A program made the translations under genes and the position numbers. Under the pieces are notes generated by a model, which was not told the DNA's origin, did no database searches, and saw only the letters and a list, made by a program, of their open reading frames with translations. From contig JBDHLC010000011.1 in assembly GCA_039586075.1 (NCBI GenBank), positions 20,517-84,516 on the forward strand: 64,000 nucleotides of DNA. The letters run 5' to 3'. Origin of the DNA: Gemmatimonadota bacterium. Its GTDB lineage: Bacteria; Gemmatimonadota; Gemmatimonadetes; Longimicrobiales; Gaopeijiaceae. This document shows positions 46,059 to 56,484 of the stretch, one piece after another (the first letter of the stretch is position 1; every line of letters begins with the position of its first letter).

Positions 46059-48605
46059 ATGAGATTCGCGATTTCCACCGCCACTGTCGCCCTTCTGGGC
46101 GTCACCCTGTCCCACGCGCCCCTGAGCGCGCAGGACGATGTGGTGCAGGCGGGAATCCGTCACGGGACCGTGCCCCCGGAGTCGTACTTCCGGGCGCGCC
46201 GAGCCGATCCGGGCGCGTATCGGTTCTCCCGGGCATGGATGAACCGGAACCCTCGCCTGAGGGTGGAGCCGGGCGATGGGGCCCGACCCCGGATCCAGGT
46301 CAGGAGTGAGGACCCGCTCTCTCCAACCGCCAGGTCCACTTCCGAACCCCTGCCGGTGCTGGGGCAGCGGGAGACCGCCGTCACCGGGACCTTCACCTAC
46401 CCGGTGGTTCTCGGGTATTTCGCCGACGGCTCTGGTCCGCGCTTCGACCGGGAAACCGTCCAGGTCCAGTTCTTCGACGGTCCCAACGACCGGGGAGGGA
46501 CGATCCGGGATTTCTACGCGGAGGTGTCGGGGGGTGCGGTGGAGCTGCGGGGGGAGACCCAACCCTGGGTCCGGTCGTCCCTCACGCAGGCCGAGGTGAC
46601 CGCCGGAGTGAGCGGCCTGGGGGGCTCCAACCAGGTGGGCGGGTTCATCCTCTCCATCCTGGACGCCGTGGACGACGGGACCGTGGATTGGGGTCGATAC
46701 GACAACGACGGCCCCGACGGCGTGCCCAACTCCGGTGATGATGACGGATTCGTGGACGTGCTGGCGGTGGTGCATCCCACCCCCGGCGCGGAGTGCTCGG
46801 GCGCTTCGAACCGGATCTGGTCCCACCGGTGGACGGTCTGGTCCCTGACCGGCAGCCCATACGAGACCCGCTCCACTGCGGCCGACGGGGGCGTCATCCG
46901 GATCAACGACTACACGATCCAGCCGCTGCTGAACTGCGCCGGCGACGAGATCAACGACATCGGGGTGTTCGCCCACGAGCTGGGCCATGGCTTCGGCCTG
47001 CCGGACCTGTACTGCACGCTCAACGATTGCTCCTCCGCCGGAATCGGGGAGTGGGGCTTGATGGGATCGGGTTCATGGGGCTGCGACGGAGACGATGCGG
47101 CGTACCCGTGCCACATGTCCGGCTGGAGCAAGGCCATGCTGGGATGGGTCGAGGTGGAAGACCTTCCCGAGGGCATGCCGCTCTCCGACTACCTCCTGGA
47201 GCCGGTGACGGCCACGGGCCGCATCCTTCGCTACGCCATCCCCGGGACGCGGGAGTACTACCTGCTGGAGAACCGGCAGGCCCTGGGATTCGACCGGAAC
47301 CTCCACGCTCCGGGGCTCCTGGTCTGGCACGTGGACCAGGACCGGGTCGACCAGGGGTGGCCCGTGAACCGGATCAACGCGGACCCCGGCCGGTACGGCG
47401 TCTCGGTGATTCAGGCGGACAACCAGGGGAGGCTGCAGGCCTCGTCGGGCAACCGCGGCGACGCGGGGGACCCCTTTCCCGGGACCTCGGGCCGGAGCGC
47501 CTTCCATGCCGGGAGCATCCCCGCGGCCGTGAGCCACGACGGCCTGGTCTCCGGGCTGACGCTCGTGGGGCTCGAGCCGGCCGGTCTCGATCTGGCCTTC
47601 CAGCTGGCCACGGGCTTGCAGTCGGTGACGCTGTCCACCGCAGGGGATAGCGGGGCCGAATCTCTTCTGACGGTGGACGGAACGGCGCTGGCGGCCGGCG
47701 GCGAAATGGTGGTGGGCGCCCCGTTCCAGCGCTTGGATCTCCAGGCGGCCCCCGGTGAGCTGGTGGAAGCCGGGGTCAGGACCCCCTTCCTGTCCTGGGA
47801 CGACGGGTTCACGGAGCCGGGGCGGGTGCTGGAAGTGGGCTTCCAGGACACGGCGCTGGTGGCGAGCTACGGCGGGCGCCAGGTCCAGGTGAGCATGACC
47901 CTGGAGGGGGGACGCTTCGGAGTGGAGCCGGCCACCATCCTCTCCGAGCCGGCATCGCCGGGTCTCTGGTTCCAGGAGGGGACGGCCGTGACCCTCAAGG
48001 CGCAGCCCACCACCGGCTTCAGCTTCCTGCAGTGGACGGGACCCCTCGAGGGGGCGCCGAACCCCGTGGGACTCGTGGTGGAGAGCCCCCTATCGGCGGG
48101 GGCCGTCTTCGGATTCGACTTCGCCGTCAACGAGCCGGCTCCCATGACCGTGGCCGCCGGTGACCAGGTGTCCGTGGGGCTCGAGGCGGAGAACGCCACG
48201 GCGCCGGTCCGGTGGTACCTCGAGGAGGGAACGCTCCCCGCGGGAATGGTGGTGCTGGAGTACGGAAGGCTCGCAGGCACCCCGGCGGAGCCGGGGCTGT
48301 TCACCTTCACGCTCCGGGCGCGGGACGCCCTCGGCCTGGAGGGATCGGCGGTGGTGGCCCTGGAAGTGGGAGTGCCGGACCTGCCGTTGAGCGTCCTGGG
48401 CGGCGCCCTCCTGCAGAACGGGAGCGAGCCCACCGCCGGGCAGGTGCTCTACCTGGACCTCTCGGGGAACCGGAACGGTCGGCTGGACACCGGCGATATC
48501 CGGTCCCATCTCATGCGCGCGGCGAATGGCACCGTACCCCCCGCCGCGGGCGTGGTGGACCGGTCCCTGATCCTCACCCGCGTGGGCCCGGGAGCGGTTC
48601 GATGA
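46059..48605 (+). CDS. secreted M6-family (immune-inhibitor-A-like) metalloprotease with C-terminal beta-sandwich domains
   Basis: Signal peptide 'ALLGVTLSHAPLSAQ'. 'IRDFYAEVSGG', 'WSHRW' and the zinc site 'VFAHELGHGFGLPDLY' are present. The product is 848 aa. Confidence 0.85.
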   Translation: MRFAISTATVALLGVTLSHAPLSAQDDVVQAGIRHGTVPPESYFRARRADPGAYRFSRAWMNRNPRLRVEPGDGARPRIQVRSEDPLSPTARSTSEPLPVLGQRETAVTGTFTYPVVLGYFADGSGPRFDRETVQVQFFDGPNDRGGTIRDFYAEVSGGAVELRGETQPWVRSSLTQAEVTAGVSGLGGSNQVGGFILSILDAVDDGTVDWGRYDNDGPDGVPNSGDDDGFVDVLAVVHPTPGAECSGASNRIWSHRWTVWSLTGSPYETRSTAADGGVIRINDYTIQPLLNCAGDEINDIGVFAHELGHGFGLPDLYCTLNDCSSAGIGEWGLMGSGSWGCDGDDAAYPCHMSGWSKAMLGWVEVEDLPEGMPLSDYLLEPVTATGRILRYAIPGTREYYLLENRQALGFDRNLHAPGLLVWHVDQDRVDQGWPVNRINADPGRYGVSVIQADNQGRLQASSGNRGDAGDPFPGTSGRSAFHAGSIPAAVSHDGLVSGLTLVGLEPAGLDLAFQLATGLQSVTLSTAGDSGAESLLTVDGTALAAGGEMVVGAPFQRLDLQAAPGELVEAGVRTPFLSWDDGFTEPGRVLEVGFQDTALVASYGGRQVQVSMTLEGGRFGVEPATILSEPASPGLWFQEGTAVTLKAQPTTGFSFLQWTGPLEGAPNPVGLVVESPLSAGAVFGFDFAVNEPAPMTVAAGDQVSVGLEAENATAPVRWYLEEGTLPAGMVVLEYGRLAGTPAEPGLFTFTLRARDALGLEGSAVVALEVGVPDLPLSVLGGALLQNGSEPTAGQVLYLDLSGNRNGRLDTGDIRSHLMRAANGTVPPAAGVVDRSLILTRVGPGAVR

Positions 48606-49000
48606 GGGCGCGGGCTCTCCCCCGGCGGATCGCCGGGCTGGTTCTGGCGACCCTCCTCCTGGTGGTGGGCTGCACCGACGAAGGCGGCCCGGGCACCGTC
48701 CGGCTCGAGATCTCGGGACCGGCGCCCCTGGGGTCCGTGGCCGTGGAGCTGGTGGGGAAGGGGATCCAGGGCGTGACGCCCATGGCTGGTGGATGGGTCG
48801 AGGGCCACCCGGGGCCGGATGGCCGGCCGGACGCGTACCGCATCGTGGCGGTGAACGAGACGCCGGGAGCCTTCAGCATCCTGGTGGAAGTGGCCGACCT
48901 GAGCGCCCGCGCCCCGGTCGCCACGGTGCTGGAGGCTGCCGACGGATCCAACACTCTCCTGGCGTCCGTCTCCTCCATTGAGGTCACCGTACGGAAGTAG
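48602..49000 (+). CDS. small lipoprotein, hypothetical
   Basis: The ATG at 48602 overlaps the M6 protease stop (ATGA). The signal peptide plus lipobox is 'LVLATLLLVVGC'. The product is 132 aa. Confidence 0.65.
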   Translation: MRARALPRRIAGLVLATLLLVVGCTDEGGPGTVRLEISGPAPLGSVAVELVGKGIQGVTPMAGGWVEGHPGPDGRPDAYRIVAVNETPGAFSILVEVADLSARAPVATVLEAADGSNTLLASVSSIEVTVRK

Positions 49001-49211
49001 GCGACCCCCGGCTCCGACGCGGACGCCCGGGACGCCTTGCTTCGCTCCCCGACCGCTGACACCTTGAGGCGGCCCGCGGCACGGGCGCCTTCCCATGGTC
49101 CGGTGCCCGGCCAGTGCCACCGCCGTCCCGGGCCCGGGCTCTTGCCGAGGGGTCGGGACGTCTTCACGAACGGCCACCATACGTGGTCCACAACGATGAG
49201 GGCTCCGCGCC

Positions 49212-49322
49212 ATGACCACTGCCACCTGGGTCACTCTGATCCTCATCTGCGGCTTCGTCTGGGGTGGGTTCGCCATCGCCGTCACCACCGCCTTCCGGAA
49301 GGAATCCGAGAAGGCCGACTGA
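49212..49322 (+). CDS. 36-codon single-TM micro-ORF (candidate small membrane protein or carB leader ORF)
   Basis: This ORF is not in the supplied track because it is under 60 aa. The ATG follows GAGGG with a 9-nt spacer. It translates to [36 protein letters not shown] with GC-rich third positions. The stop lies 7 nt before the carB GTG. Confidence 0.4.
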   Translation: MTTATWVTLILICGFVWGGFAIAVTTAFRKESEKAD

Positions 49323-49329
49323 GCCTCCC

Positions 49330-52300
49330 GTGCCTAGACGCGACGACCTCGAAAGCATCCTGATCCTGGGGTCCGGCCCGATCATCATCGGGCAGGCCTG
49401 CGAATTCGACTATTCGGGCACACAGGCGGTCCGAGCCCTGAAGGAAGAGGGCTACCGGGTCGTGCTGGTGAACTCCAATCCCGCCACCATCATGACCGAT
49501 CCGGACATCGCGGATCGGACGTACATCGAGCCTCTCACCGCCGAGTGGGTCGAGAAGGTCATCGAGCGGGAGAAGCCCGACGCCATCCTGCCCACCATGG
49601 GCGGCCAGACGGCGTTGAACATCGCCATGGAGCTCTACGAGAGCGGTGTGCTGAACCGGCACGGGGTGGAGCTCATCGGAGCGAACGCCCGCTCCATCCG
49701 CATGGCGGAGGATCGGGAGGAATTCGCCGAGGCCATGCACCGCATCGGCCTCACGGTAACCACGGGAGGCTTCGCGCGGACCCTCGAGGAAGCGCTGGAG
49801 ATCGTGGAGGACACCGGCTACCCCTCCATCATCCGGCCCTCCTTCACCCTGGGTGGAACGGGAGGCGGGATCGCCTACAACCGCGAGGAGTTCGTGGCAC
49901 AGGTGCGGAAGGGCCTGGACGCCTCTCCCATCACGGAAGTCCTCGTGGACCGCTCGGTCCTGGGCTGGAAGGAGTACGAGCTCGAGGTGGTCCGGGACGG
50001 AGCGGACAACGTCATCATCATCTGCTCCATCGAGAACTTCGACCCCATGGGCGTCCACACGGGGGACTCCATCACGGTGGCGCCGGCGCAGACGCTCTCG
50101 GACGTGGAGTACCAGGCCATGAGGGATGCATCCATCGCCATCATCCGGGAGATCGGGGTGGAGGCCGGGGGATGCAACATCCAGTTCGCCGTGAGCCCCG
50201 AGACGGGCGAGATCCTGGTGGTGGAGATGAACCCCCGGGTGTCGCGGTCCTCCGCGCTGGCGTCGAAGGCAACCGGTTTCCCCATCGCCCGCGTGGGCGC
50301 GAAGCTGGCCGTGGGATACCGCCTGGACGAGCTCCCCAACGACATCACCAAGACGACGCCGGCCTCCTTCGAGCCGGTGTTGGACTACGTGGTGTGCAAG
50401 TTCCCCCGCTTCGCCTTCGAGAAGTTCCCCGAGGTGAATCCGGTGCTGGGGGTCCAGATGAAGGCCGTGGGCGAGACCATGGCCATCGGTCGCACCTTCC
50501 GGGCCGCCTGGCAGAAGGGGCTGCGGGGCCTCGAGATCGACCGACCCGGGTGGGTCGCGGGTGAGACCCTGGAGGACGACGGGCTCACCGCGGAGGATCC
50601 CGAGAGCCTCCTCTCCGCGCTGCGGCGTCCCACAGCGGACCGCCCCTTCCAGCTCCGCCGTGCGCTGGAATCCGGGGTCTCGGTGGACGACCTCTACGAC
50701 GCCACGGCCATCGACCCGTGGTTCCTGGATCAGCTGTCGCGGATCATCGAGGACGAGCGGAGCTACGCCCAGGCGCCGGAGGTGACGCCGCAGCTGCTGC
50801 GGCGGATGAAGCGGGAGGGATTCAGCGACCTGCAGCTCGGTGCCCTCCGGGGCGAGACGGAGGACCAGGTCCGGGAGCGACGCTGGGAATGGGGGATCCA
50901 CCCCACCTTCAACGTGGTGGACACGTGCGCCGGCGAGTTCCCCGCCGAGACCCCCTACTTCTACTCGTCGTACGAGGACGAGAGCGAGTCGGTCCCCTCG
51001 GATCGGGACAAGATCATCGTCCTGGGGAGTGGGCCGAACCGCATCGGCCAGGGCGTGGAGTTCGACTACTGCTGCGTGCAAGCGGTGCTCGCCCTCCGGG
51101 AGGCCGGGTACGAGACCATCATGGTGAACTCGAATCCCGAGACGGTCTCCACCGACTTCGACGTGAGCGACAAGCTCTACTTCGAGCCCCTGACCCTGGA
51201 GGACGTGCTGGAGATCGTCCGGCTGGAGCGGCCCCGGGGTGTGATCGTTCAGCTGGGGGGACAGACGCCGCTCAAGCTGGCGAAGCGCCTGGAGGAGCTG
51301 GGGACCCCGATCCTGGGAACCAGCGTCGACGCCATCGACCGGGCCGAGGACCGGAAGCGGTTCGAGGAGGTCTGCCGCACCATCGACGCCACGGTGCCCG
51401 CCAACGGGACCGCCACCAGCATCGACGAAGCCCTGGAGGTCGCGGCCCGCATCGGCTATCCGGTCCTCGTGCGACCCTCCTATGTCCTGGGGGGGCGGGC
51501 CATGGAGATCGTCTACGACGAGGACTCGCTGCGGAACTACTTCGTACGGGCCGTGAAGGCCAGCCCGGATCACCCGGTCCTCATCGACAACTTCCTGGAG
51601 GACGCCTTCGAGGCGGACGTCGACGCCCTGTGTGATGGCACCGACGTGGTGGTGGGGGGGATCATGCAGCACATCGAGGACGCCGGCGTCCACTCGGGAG
51701 ACTCGGCATGCGTCCTTCCCCCCTACCTGCTGGACGGGGAGGTCCTGGACGAGATCCGTGAGACCACCCGGAAGTTCGCATTGGAGCTGGGCGTGAAGGG
51801 CCTCATGAACGTCCAGTACGCCATTCGCGACGGCGTGGTCTACACCCTGGAGGTGAACCCCCGCGCTTCGCGGACCGTCCCCTTCGTCTCCAAGGCCACC
51901 GGGGTACCCCTGGCCCGCCTCGCCTCTCGCATCATGGCGGGAGAGACCCTGGCGGGCCTGGGCGTACCGCAGGAGCCGCCCGTGGGTGGGGTGGCGGTGA
52001 AGGAAGCGGCCTTCCCCTTCGCCCGGTTCGAGGTGGACATCATCCTGGGACCGGAGATGCGCTCCACGGGTGAGGTGATGGGGTTCGACGACTCCTTCGG
52101 CATGGCCTTCGCCAAGGCGCAGGTCTCGGCGGGGAACGTGCTGCCCGAGGAGCCCGGGACGCTCATCGTCACGGTGAATGAGAAGGACAAGCCCACCGTT
52201 ACCCCCATCCTGCGCCGGTTCGTGGACCTGGGGTGGGGCATCCTGGCCACCAAGGGCACCCACGCCTACCTGAGCCGCCTGGGGATTCCCTGCGAGCGGG

Positions 52301-52590
52301 TCTTCAAGGTGAACGAGGGGCGGCCCAACATCGTCGACCACATCGTGAGTGGGGACGTCTCGCTGCTCATCAACACCCCGCTGGGGAAGAAGTCCCAGTA
52401 CGACGACTACGCCATGCGGCGCGCCGCCATCACCTACAACGTTCCGTATCTGACCACGATGTCGGCCACCAGCGCCGCCTGCGACGCGCTCATCGCGCTG
52501 AAGAGCCGCAAGCACACGGTGAAGTCCCTGCAGGAACGGGTGGGGCGGGGTGGGGCGGTGGCCGGGGACGCGCTGGCGGTGGGCGGATAG
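49330..52590 (+). CDS. carB: carbamoyl-phosphate synthase large subunit
   Basis: GTG at 49330. '[32 protein letters not shown]' matches the CarB N-terminus. Duplicated ATP-grasp halves and a C-terminal MGS-like domain are present. The product is 1086 aa. Confidence 0.97.
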   Translation: MPRRDDLESILILGSGPIIIGQACEFDYSGTQAVRALKEEGYRVVLVNSNPATIMTDPDIADRTYIEPLTAEWVEKVIEREKPDAILPTMGGQTALNIAMELYESGVLNRHGVELIGANARSIRMAEDREEFAEAMHRIGLTVTTGGFARTLEEALEIVEDTGYPSIIRPSFTLGGTGGGIAYNREEFVAQVRKGLDASPITEVLVDRSVLGWKEYELEVVRDGADNVIIICSIENFDPMGVHTGDSITVAPAQTLSDVEYQAMRDASIAIIREIGVEAGGCNIQFAVSPETGEILVVEMNPRVSRSSALASKATGFPIARVGAKLAVGYRLDELPNDITKTTPASFEPVLDYVVCKFPRFAFEKFPEVNPVLGVQMKAVGETMAIGRTFRAAWQKGLRGLEIDRPGWVAGETLEDDGLTAEDPESLLSALRRPTADRPFQLRRALESGVSVDDLYDATAIDPWFLDQLSRIIEDERSYAQAPEVTPQLLRRMKREGFSDLQLGALRGETEDQVRERRWEWGIHPTFNVVDTCAGEFPAETPYFYSSYEDESESVPSDRDKIIVLGSGPNRIGQGVEFDYCCVQAVLALREAGYETIMVNSNPETVSTDFDVSDKLYFEPLTLEDVLEIVRLERPRGVIVQLGGQTPLKLAKRLEELGTPILGTSVDAIDRAEDRKRFEEVCRTIDATVPANGTATSIDEALEVAARIGYPVLVRPSYVLGGRAMEIVYDEDSLRNYFVRAVKASPDHPVLIDNFLEDAFEADVDALCDGTDVVVGGIMQHIEDAGVHSGDSACVLPPYLLDGEVLDEIRETTRKFALELGVKGLMNVQYAIRDGVVYTLEVNPRASRTVPFVSKATGVPLARLASRIMAGETLAGLGVPQEPPVGGVAVKEAAFPFARFEVDIILGPEMRSTGEVMGFDDSFGMAFAKAQVSAGNVLPEEPGTLIVTVNEKDKPTVTPILRRFVDLGWGILATKGTHAYLSRLGIPCERVFKVNEGRPNIVDHIVSGDVSLLINTPLGKKSQYDDYAMRRAAITYNVPYLTTMSATSAACDALIALKSRKHTVKSLQERVGRGGAVAGDALAVGG

Positions 52591-52594
52591 CGGG

Positions 52595-53608
52595 ATGAAC
52601 CCACGGCGGTCCGGGGGCGTGACCGGATTCCTCCTCCACCCGTCCGCCTCCCTTCACGACACGGGGTGGGGACATCCCGAGCACCAGGGGCGGCTGCGCT
52701 TCCTCTCCTCCACGGTGGGGAAGGACATGCTGGCCCTGTTCGGGAGGGCGGAGCAGGTCCCTGCGGGGGAAGGCTCGGAAGAGGATCTCCTTCGGGTCCA
52801 CACCCGGGCCCACGTGGATCGCGTGCGGGATGCCGTCGCGCGCGCGGCGGAGACCGGCGGGCTCGTGTCCCTGGACCCCGACACCCCGGTGTGTGCCGCG
52901 TCGTGGGAGGCCGCCATGGGAAGCCTGGGCGCCGCCATCTCCGCCGCGGACGCCGTGGCCCGGGGGGCGCTGTCCAACGCCTTCGTGGCGACGCGTCCTC
53001 CGGGGCACCACGCCACCCCCGACCGGGCCATGGGATTCTGCCTGTTCAATACCGTGGCGGCCACGGCCCGGTGGCTCCAGGCCCACGGGCACGCCGAGCG
53101 GGTCCTCATCCTGGACTGGGACGTCCACCACGGAAATGGGACCCAGGACGTGTTTTGGGAGGACCCGTCCGTCTTCTACCTCTCCCTGCACCAGGCGCCC
53201 CACTATCCGGGCACCGGGGCGGCTTCCGAGACAGGCGCCGGTGACGGACTCGGGACGACCCTGAACGTTCCGCTTCCCGCCGGCACGTCGCGGGACGCGT
53301 ACCATGAGGCGTTCGTGCAGGCCCTGGATCGGGCCCTGGCGTCGTTCACCCCGGACTTCGTGCTCGTATCCGCCGGATTCGACGCGCTGGCCGGAGATCC
53401 GCTGGGCGGGCTGCTCCTAGAGCCGGAGGACTTCCACGGGCTCACCCGTGAGGTGATGTACCGGACACAGGTGTGCGGAAAAAGGCTGGTGGCGCTCCTG
53501 GAAGGTGGCTACGATCCTAAGAGGACCGGACTCGCGGCAGTGGCCGTCATCCGGGCTCTGGCGGACATCACGGAGGCCGACCCGACCGCACCGGTGCCTC
53601 CGGTGTAA
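52595..53608 (+). CDS. histone deacetylase-family (acetoin utilisation/acetylpolyamine amidohydrolase-like) deacetylase
   Basis: ATG at 52595. The motifs 'RPPGHHA', 'ILDWDVHHGNGTQ', 'SAGFDA' and 'LEGGY' are present. Confidence 0.9.
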   Translation: MNPRRSGGVTGFLLHPSASLHDTGWGHPEHQGRLRFLSSTVGKDMLALFGRAEQVPAGEGSEEDLLRVHTRAHVDRVRDAVARAAETGGLVSLDPDTPVCAASWEAAMGSLGAAISAADAVARGALSNAFVATRPPGHHATPDRAMGFCLFNTVAATARWLQAHGHAERVLILDWDVHHGNGTQDVFWEDPSVFYLSLHQAPHYPGTGAASETGAGDGLGTTLNVPLPAGTSRDAYHEAFVQALDRALASFTPDFVLVSAGFDALAGDPLGGLLLEPEDFHGLTREVMYRTQVCGKRLVALLEGGYDPKRTGLAAVAVIRALADITEADPTAPVPPV

Positions 53609-53645
53609 GAGGGATACTGCCTCTTTTTATTTGCAGGAGACCATC

Positions 53646-54188
53646 ATGCGGCAGCTCTTATCCGCTCTGAAGCGTTCGCGGCCGGACCTCCCCCTCCTGG
53701 CGGTCCTGGCCCTCATCGTTCCCGGCACCCTCTACGGCCAGGCCGTGAGCGAGTTGCCGCGAGGCGAGCCGGGACAGTACGAGCGACCCGAAGCGGCGCA
53801 GGAGGCCATCGACCAGCTTCGGTCGCCCTACTGCCCCACCATGCTTGCGGTCTGCTCCAGCGGCGCCGGGGCGGCTCTACGGGACTCCATCACCCGGCTG
53901 GCGGACGAAGGGTGGACGACGGAAGAGTTGGTGGAATGGGTCGTCGCCAACCACGGCGAGGAGTACCGCGCGCTTCCCAAGGCCGAGGGCCGGTCGCTGG
54001 TGGCGTGGGTCGTTCCGCCCCTGGGAGTTCTCGTCGGCCTCGCCCTGGTCCTTCTCGCCCTGCGTCATCTCAAGGGCAAGCAGGTGCAGGTGGCGCCCCT
54101 CGAAGGCGAGCTCACCGAAGAAGAGGAGGCGCGTCTCCGGCAGGCCATGAAGGACATGGATCGGGAAGAAGAGGCCACCTTCTTCTGA
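53646..54188 (+). CDS. CcmH/NrfF-like membrane protein with non-canonical Cys motif
   Basis: ATG at 53646 after an AT-rich patch and GGAGA, followed by a signal peptide. 'LRSPYCPTMLAVC...ALRDSITRLADEGWTTEELVEWVVANHGEEY' plus a TM helix matches CcmH architecture, but LRCxxC is replaced by LRSxxC. Confidence 0.6.
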   Translation: MRQLLSALKRSRPDLPLLAVLALIVPGTLYGQAVSELPRGEPGQYERPEAAQEAIDQLRSPYCPTMLAVCSSGAGAALRDSITRLADEGWTTEELVEWVVANHGEEYRALPKAEGRSLVAWVVPPLGVLVGLALVLLALRHLKGKQVQVAPLEGELTEEEEARLRQAMKDMDREEEATFF

Positions 54189-54193
54189 TCCGC

Positions 54194-55162
54194 ATGTCTC
54201 AGCCCGAGAAACGGGCCGCCTCCCGGGAGGAGGCGGTGCCGCCCGGCGTCTCCGGAGAGCCGGGCGACGATCGTCTGCCCCGCACGACTCCGTCGATGCT
54301 GGACCTGGTGCGGCTCAGCTCCCGGCGCCTCTTCCCGCCGGGCGGGCGGGCGCTCTACCGGCAGGTGGCCATCCTGACGGAGATGGGTGAAGGCACAGAA
54401 GTGCTGGACGTGGGCTGCGGGCGAGGCGTCTCGCTGGAGTACTTCGTCCAGGAGTACGGCGTACACGGCTCCGGCATCGAGGAGGACGGGGCGCTGGTGG
54501 ACCTCGCCCAGGATCGAGTCCGTGAGCTGGGCCTCGGGGGCCGGCTGCAGCTGCAGGCCTCGCCGGTGGGGAATCTGCCCTACCGGGACGAGATCTTCGA
54601 CGTGACGGTGGGGGAGCTGGGGATGACCGCCCGGACCGACCCGGAGTCCGCCGTGAAGGAGCTGGTCCGCGTCACGCGACCCGGTGGCTCCGTGGTGTTG
54701 GTGCAGCTCGTGTGGAAGGCTCCGGTGGATCCGAAGCGCCGCCGGGTCCTGGAGGATCACCTGGGGGTCCGCCCTCTCATGCTGGTGGAATGGAAGCGGC
54801 TGCTCCGGGAGGCCGGGGTCGAGCACCTTCACACCGAGGACTGGACCGACGTCCAGACGGCCTTCCGCCCCCACGTCGCCAAGCCGTTTCCGGATTTCAC
54901 GGAGCTCTTCTCCCTGGGTGAGAAGATCGGGATCCTGCGCCGCGCCTGGGGGCGCTGGGGGTGGGCCGGGGTCCGTGCCGTGCTGGCCCGGGAGCGAGCG
55001 GTGCACCGCCTCCTGACCCGGGAGAGGATCCTGGGACTGGACCTGCTCAAGGGAACGAGGGCGGCACCGCCGGCGGACCCGGACCAGGGGGAGACCGAGA
55101 GTCCCCCGGAGACGCCGGACGAGGGTCTTCCCCTCTTCCAGGAGCCGGGCGAGAATCCTTAG
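54194..55162 (+). CDS. class I SAM-dependent methyltransferase
   Basis: ATG at 54194 of ORF 53912..55162. Motif I 'VLDVGCGRGV' and the downstream 'VTRPGGSVVL' are present. The product is 322 aa. Confidence 0.8.
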   Translation: MSQPEKRAASREEAVPPGVSGEPGDDRLPRTTPSMLDLVRLSSRRLFPPGGRALYRQVAILTEMGEGTEVLDVGCGRGVSLEYFVQEYGVHGSGIEEDGALVDLAQDRVRELGLGGRLQLQASPVGNLPYRDEIFDVTVGELGMTARTDPESAVKELVRVTRPGGSVVLVQLVWKAPVDPKRRRVLEDHLGVRPLMLVEWKRLLREAGVEHLHTEDWTDVQTAFRPHVAKPFPDFTELFSLGEKIGILRRAWGRWGWAGVRAVLARERAVHRLLTRERILGLDLLKGTRAAPPADPDQGETESPPETPDEGLPLFQEPGENP

Positions 55163-55272
55163 GGGCCGCTCCCGGGGAGTGTGAACGCTCCCTCGGGCGC
55201 CGGGCCCCACCTGTCCGATCCGGCGGTGCGGATTCCCATCCGCGCCACCCGACCCCAACAGCGAGGTACCCC

Positions 55273-56469
55273 GTGAGTGAGACCCCTCTCCTGGTGAGCA
55301 AGGACGGCGTGGCCCGCGTTCAGGAGGCCCTGGCGGAGATGGACCTGGACGGTTGGCTCCTGTACGAGTTTCGCGGTCAGAACTGGATCTCCGCCGCCCT
55401 CCTCGGCACGGGATGGACGTCCCGTCGGTCCTACATCCTGGTGCCCCGGGAAGGGGAGCCTCGCGGTCTGATCCACGCTATCGAGGCGACCTCGTGGCGG
55501 CACTGGCCGTGGCCCACGGATCGGTACGCCGGATGGCGGGAAATGGAGCACAAGCTGGCCGGCCTGCTCGAGGGGTGTCGCCGCGTCGCGCTGGAGACCT
55601 CACCCGGAGCCGCGGTGCCCACGGTGGACCTGGTTCCCGCCGGCACCGTGGAGCTGGTTCGGAAGTCGGGGGTCGAGCCGGTCTCATCGGGGGACCTGGT
55701 GAGCCGGTTCTTCTCGGCCTGGACCCCCGATCAGCTCATCGACCACCGCAACACGGCGGAGACCATTGCCCGAGTGGCGAAGGACGCGTTCCAGGAGGCG
55801 GGCCGGGCCATCCGCGACGGAAGCCCGCACAGCGAGGGCTCTCTCACCCGATGGATCCTGGATGCCATGCGCTCCGGCGGTGTCCCCGTGGAGCCGGACA
55901 CGCACGTGGCGGTGGGGCGGACGGCGGCGGATCCCCACTACGCCCCCGACGGAGACGGCGAGACCATCGCCGCCGGTGAGCTCCTGCTCATCGACCTCTG
56001 GGGACGGACCGGAGAGGACCGGGTCTTCGCCGACCAGACGTGGATGGGGGTGATGGGGAGCACGCCGCCGGGGCGATCCCGGGAGATCTGGGACATCGTC
56101 CGGGAGAGTCGGGATGCCGGCGTTGCCCTCCTTCGGGAGCGGTTCAAGGCGGGCGCGGAGGTACGGGGCTTCGAGGTAGACGACGCATGCCGGCGGGTCA
56201 TCGAGGACGCCGGGTTCGGGGACTATTTCATCCACCGCACCGGGCATTCCATGGACCTCAAGCTCCACGGAAGCGGCCCCAACCTCGACAACCTGGAGAC
56301 GCGGGACGACCGACTGCTGATCCCCGGTGTCGGCTTCAGCGTGGAGCCCGGGATCTACTTGCCCGGAGAGGTCGGCGTCCGCAGCGAGATCAACGTACAC
56401 TTCGGAGCGGACGGTCCGGAGGTCACGCCCGCCACACCCCAGGAGGACCTCATCCTGGTGGAGCTTTGA
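55273..56469 (+). CDS. M24-family metallopeptidase (Xaa-Pro aminopeptidase/dipeptidase-like)
   Basis: GTG at 55273 of ORF 54961..56469. The pita-bread fold ligand pattern is 'LIDLWG...FADQTW', 'HRTGHSMD', 'VEPGIY' and 'RSEINV'. Confidence 0.85.
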   Translation: MSETPLLVSKDGVARVQEALAEMDLDGWLLYEFRGQNWISAALLGTGWTSRRSYILVPREGEPRGLIHAIEATSWRHWPWPTDRYAGWREMEHKLAGLLEGCRRVALETSPGAAVPTVDLVPAGTVELVRKSGVEPVSSGDLVSRFFSAWTPDQLIDHRNTAETIARVAKDAFQEAGRAIRDGSPHSEGSLTRWILDAMRSGGVPVEPDTHVAVGRTAADPHYAPDGDGETIAAGELLLIDLWGRTGEDRVFADQTWMGVMGSTPPGRSREIWDIVRESRDAGVALLRERFKAGAEVRGFEVDDACRRVIEDAGFGDYFIHRTGHSMDLKLHGSGPNLDNLETRDDRLLIPGVGFSVEPGIYLPGEVGVRSEINVHFGADGPEVTPATPQEDLILVEL

Positions 56470-56484
56470 TCCGGACAGGGTCCA

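Noticed and set aside
49282-52515. 1077-aa ORF antisense to carB
   Set aside because: carB on the plus strand is unambiguous. The antisense translation is low-complexity (R/G/P/H/D/V) with no recognisable domain.
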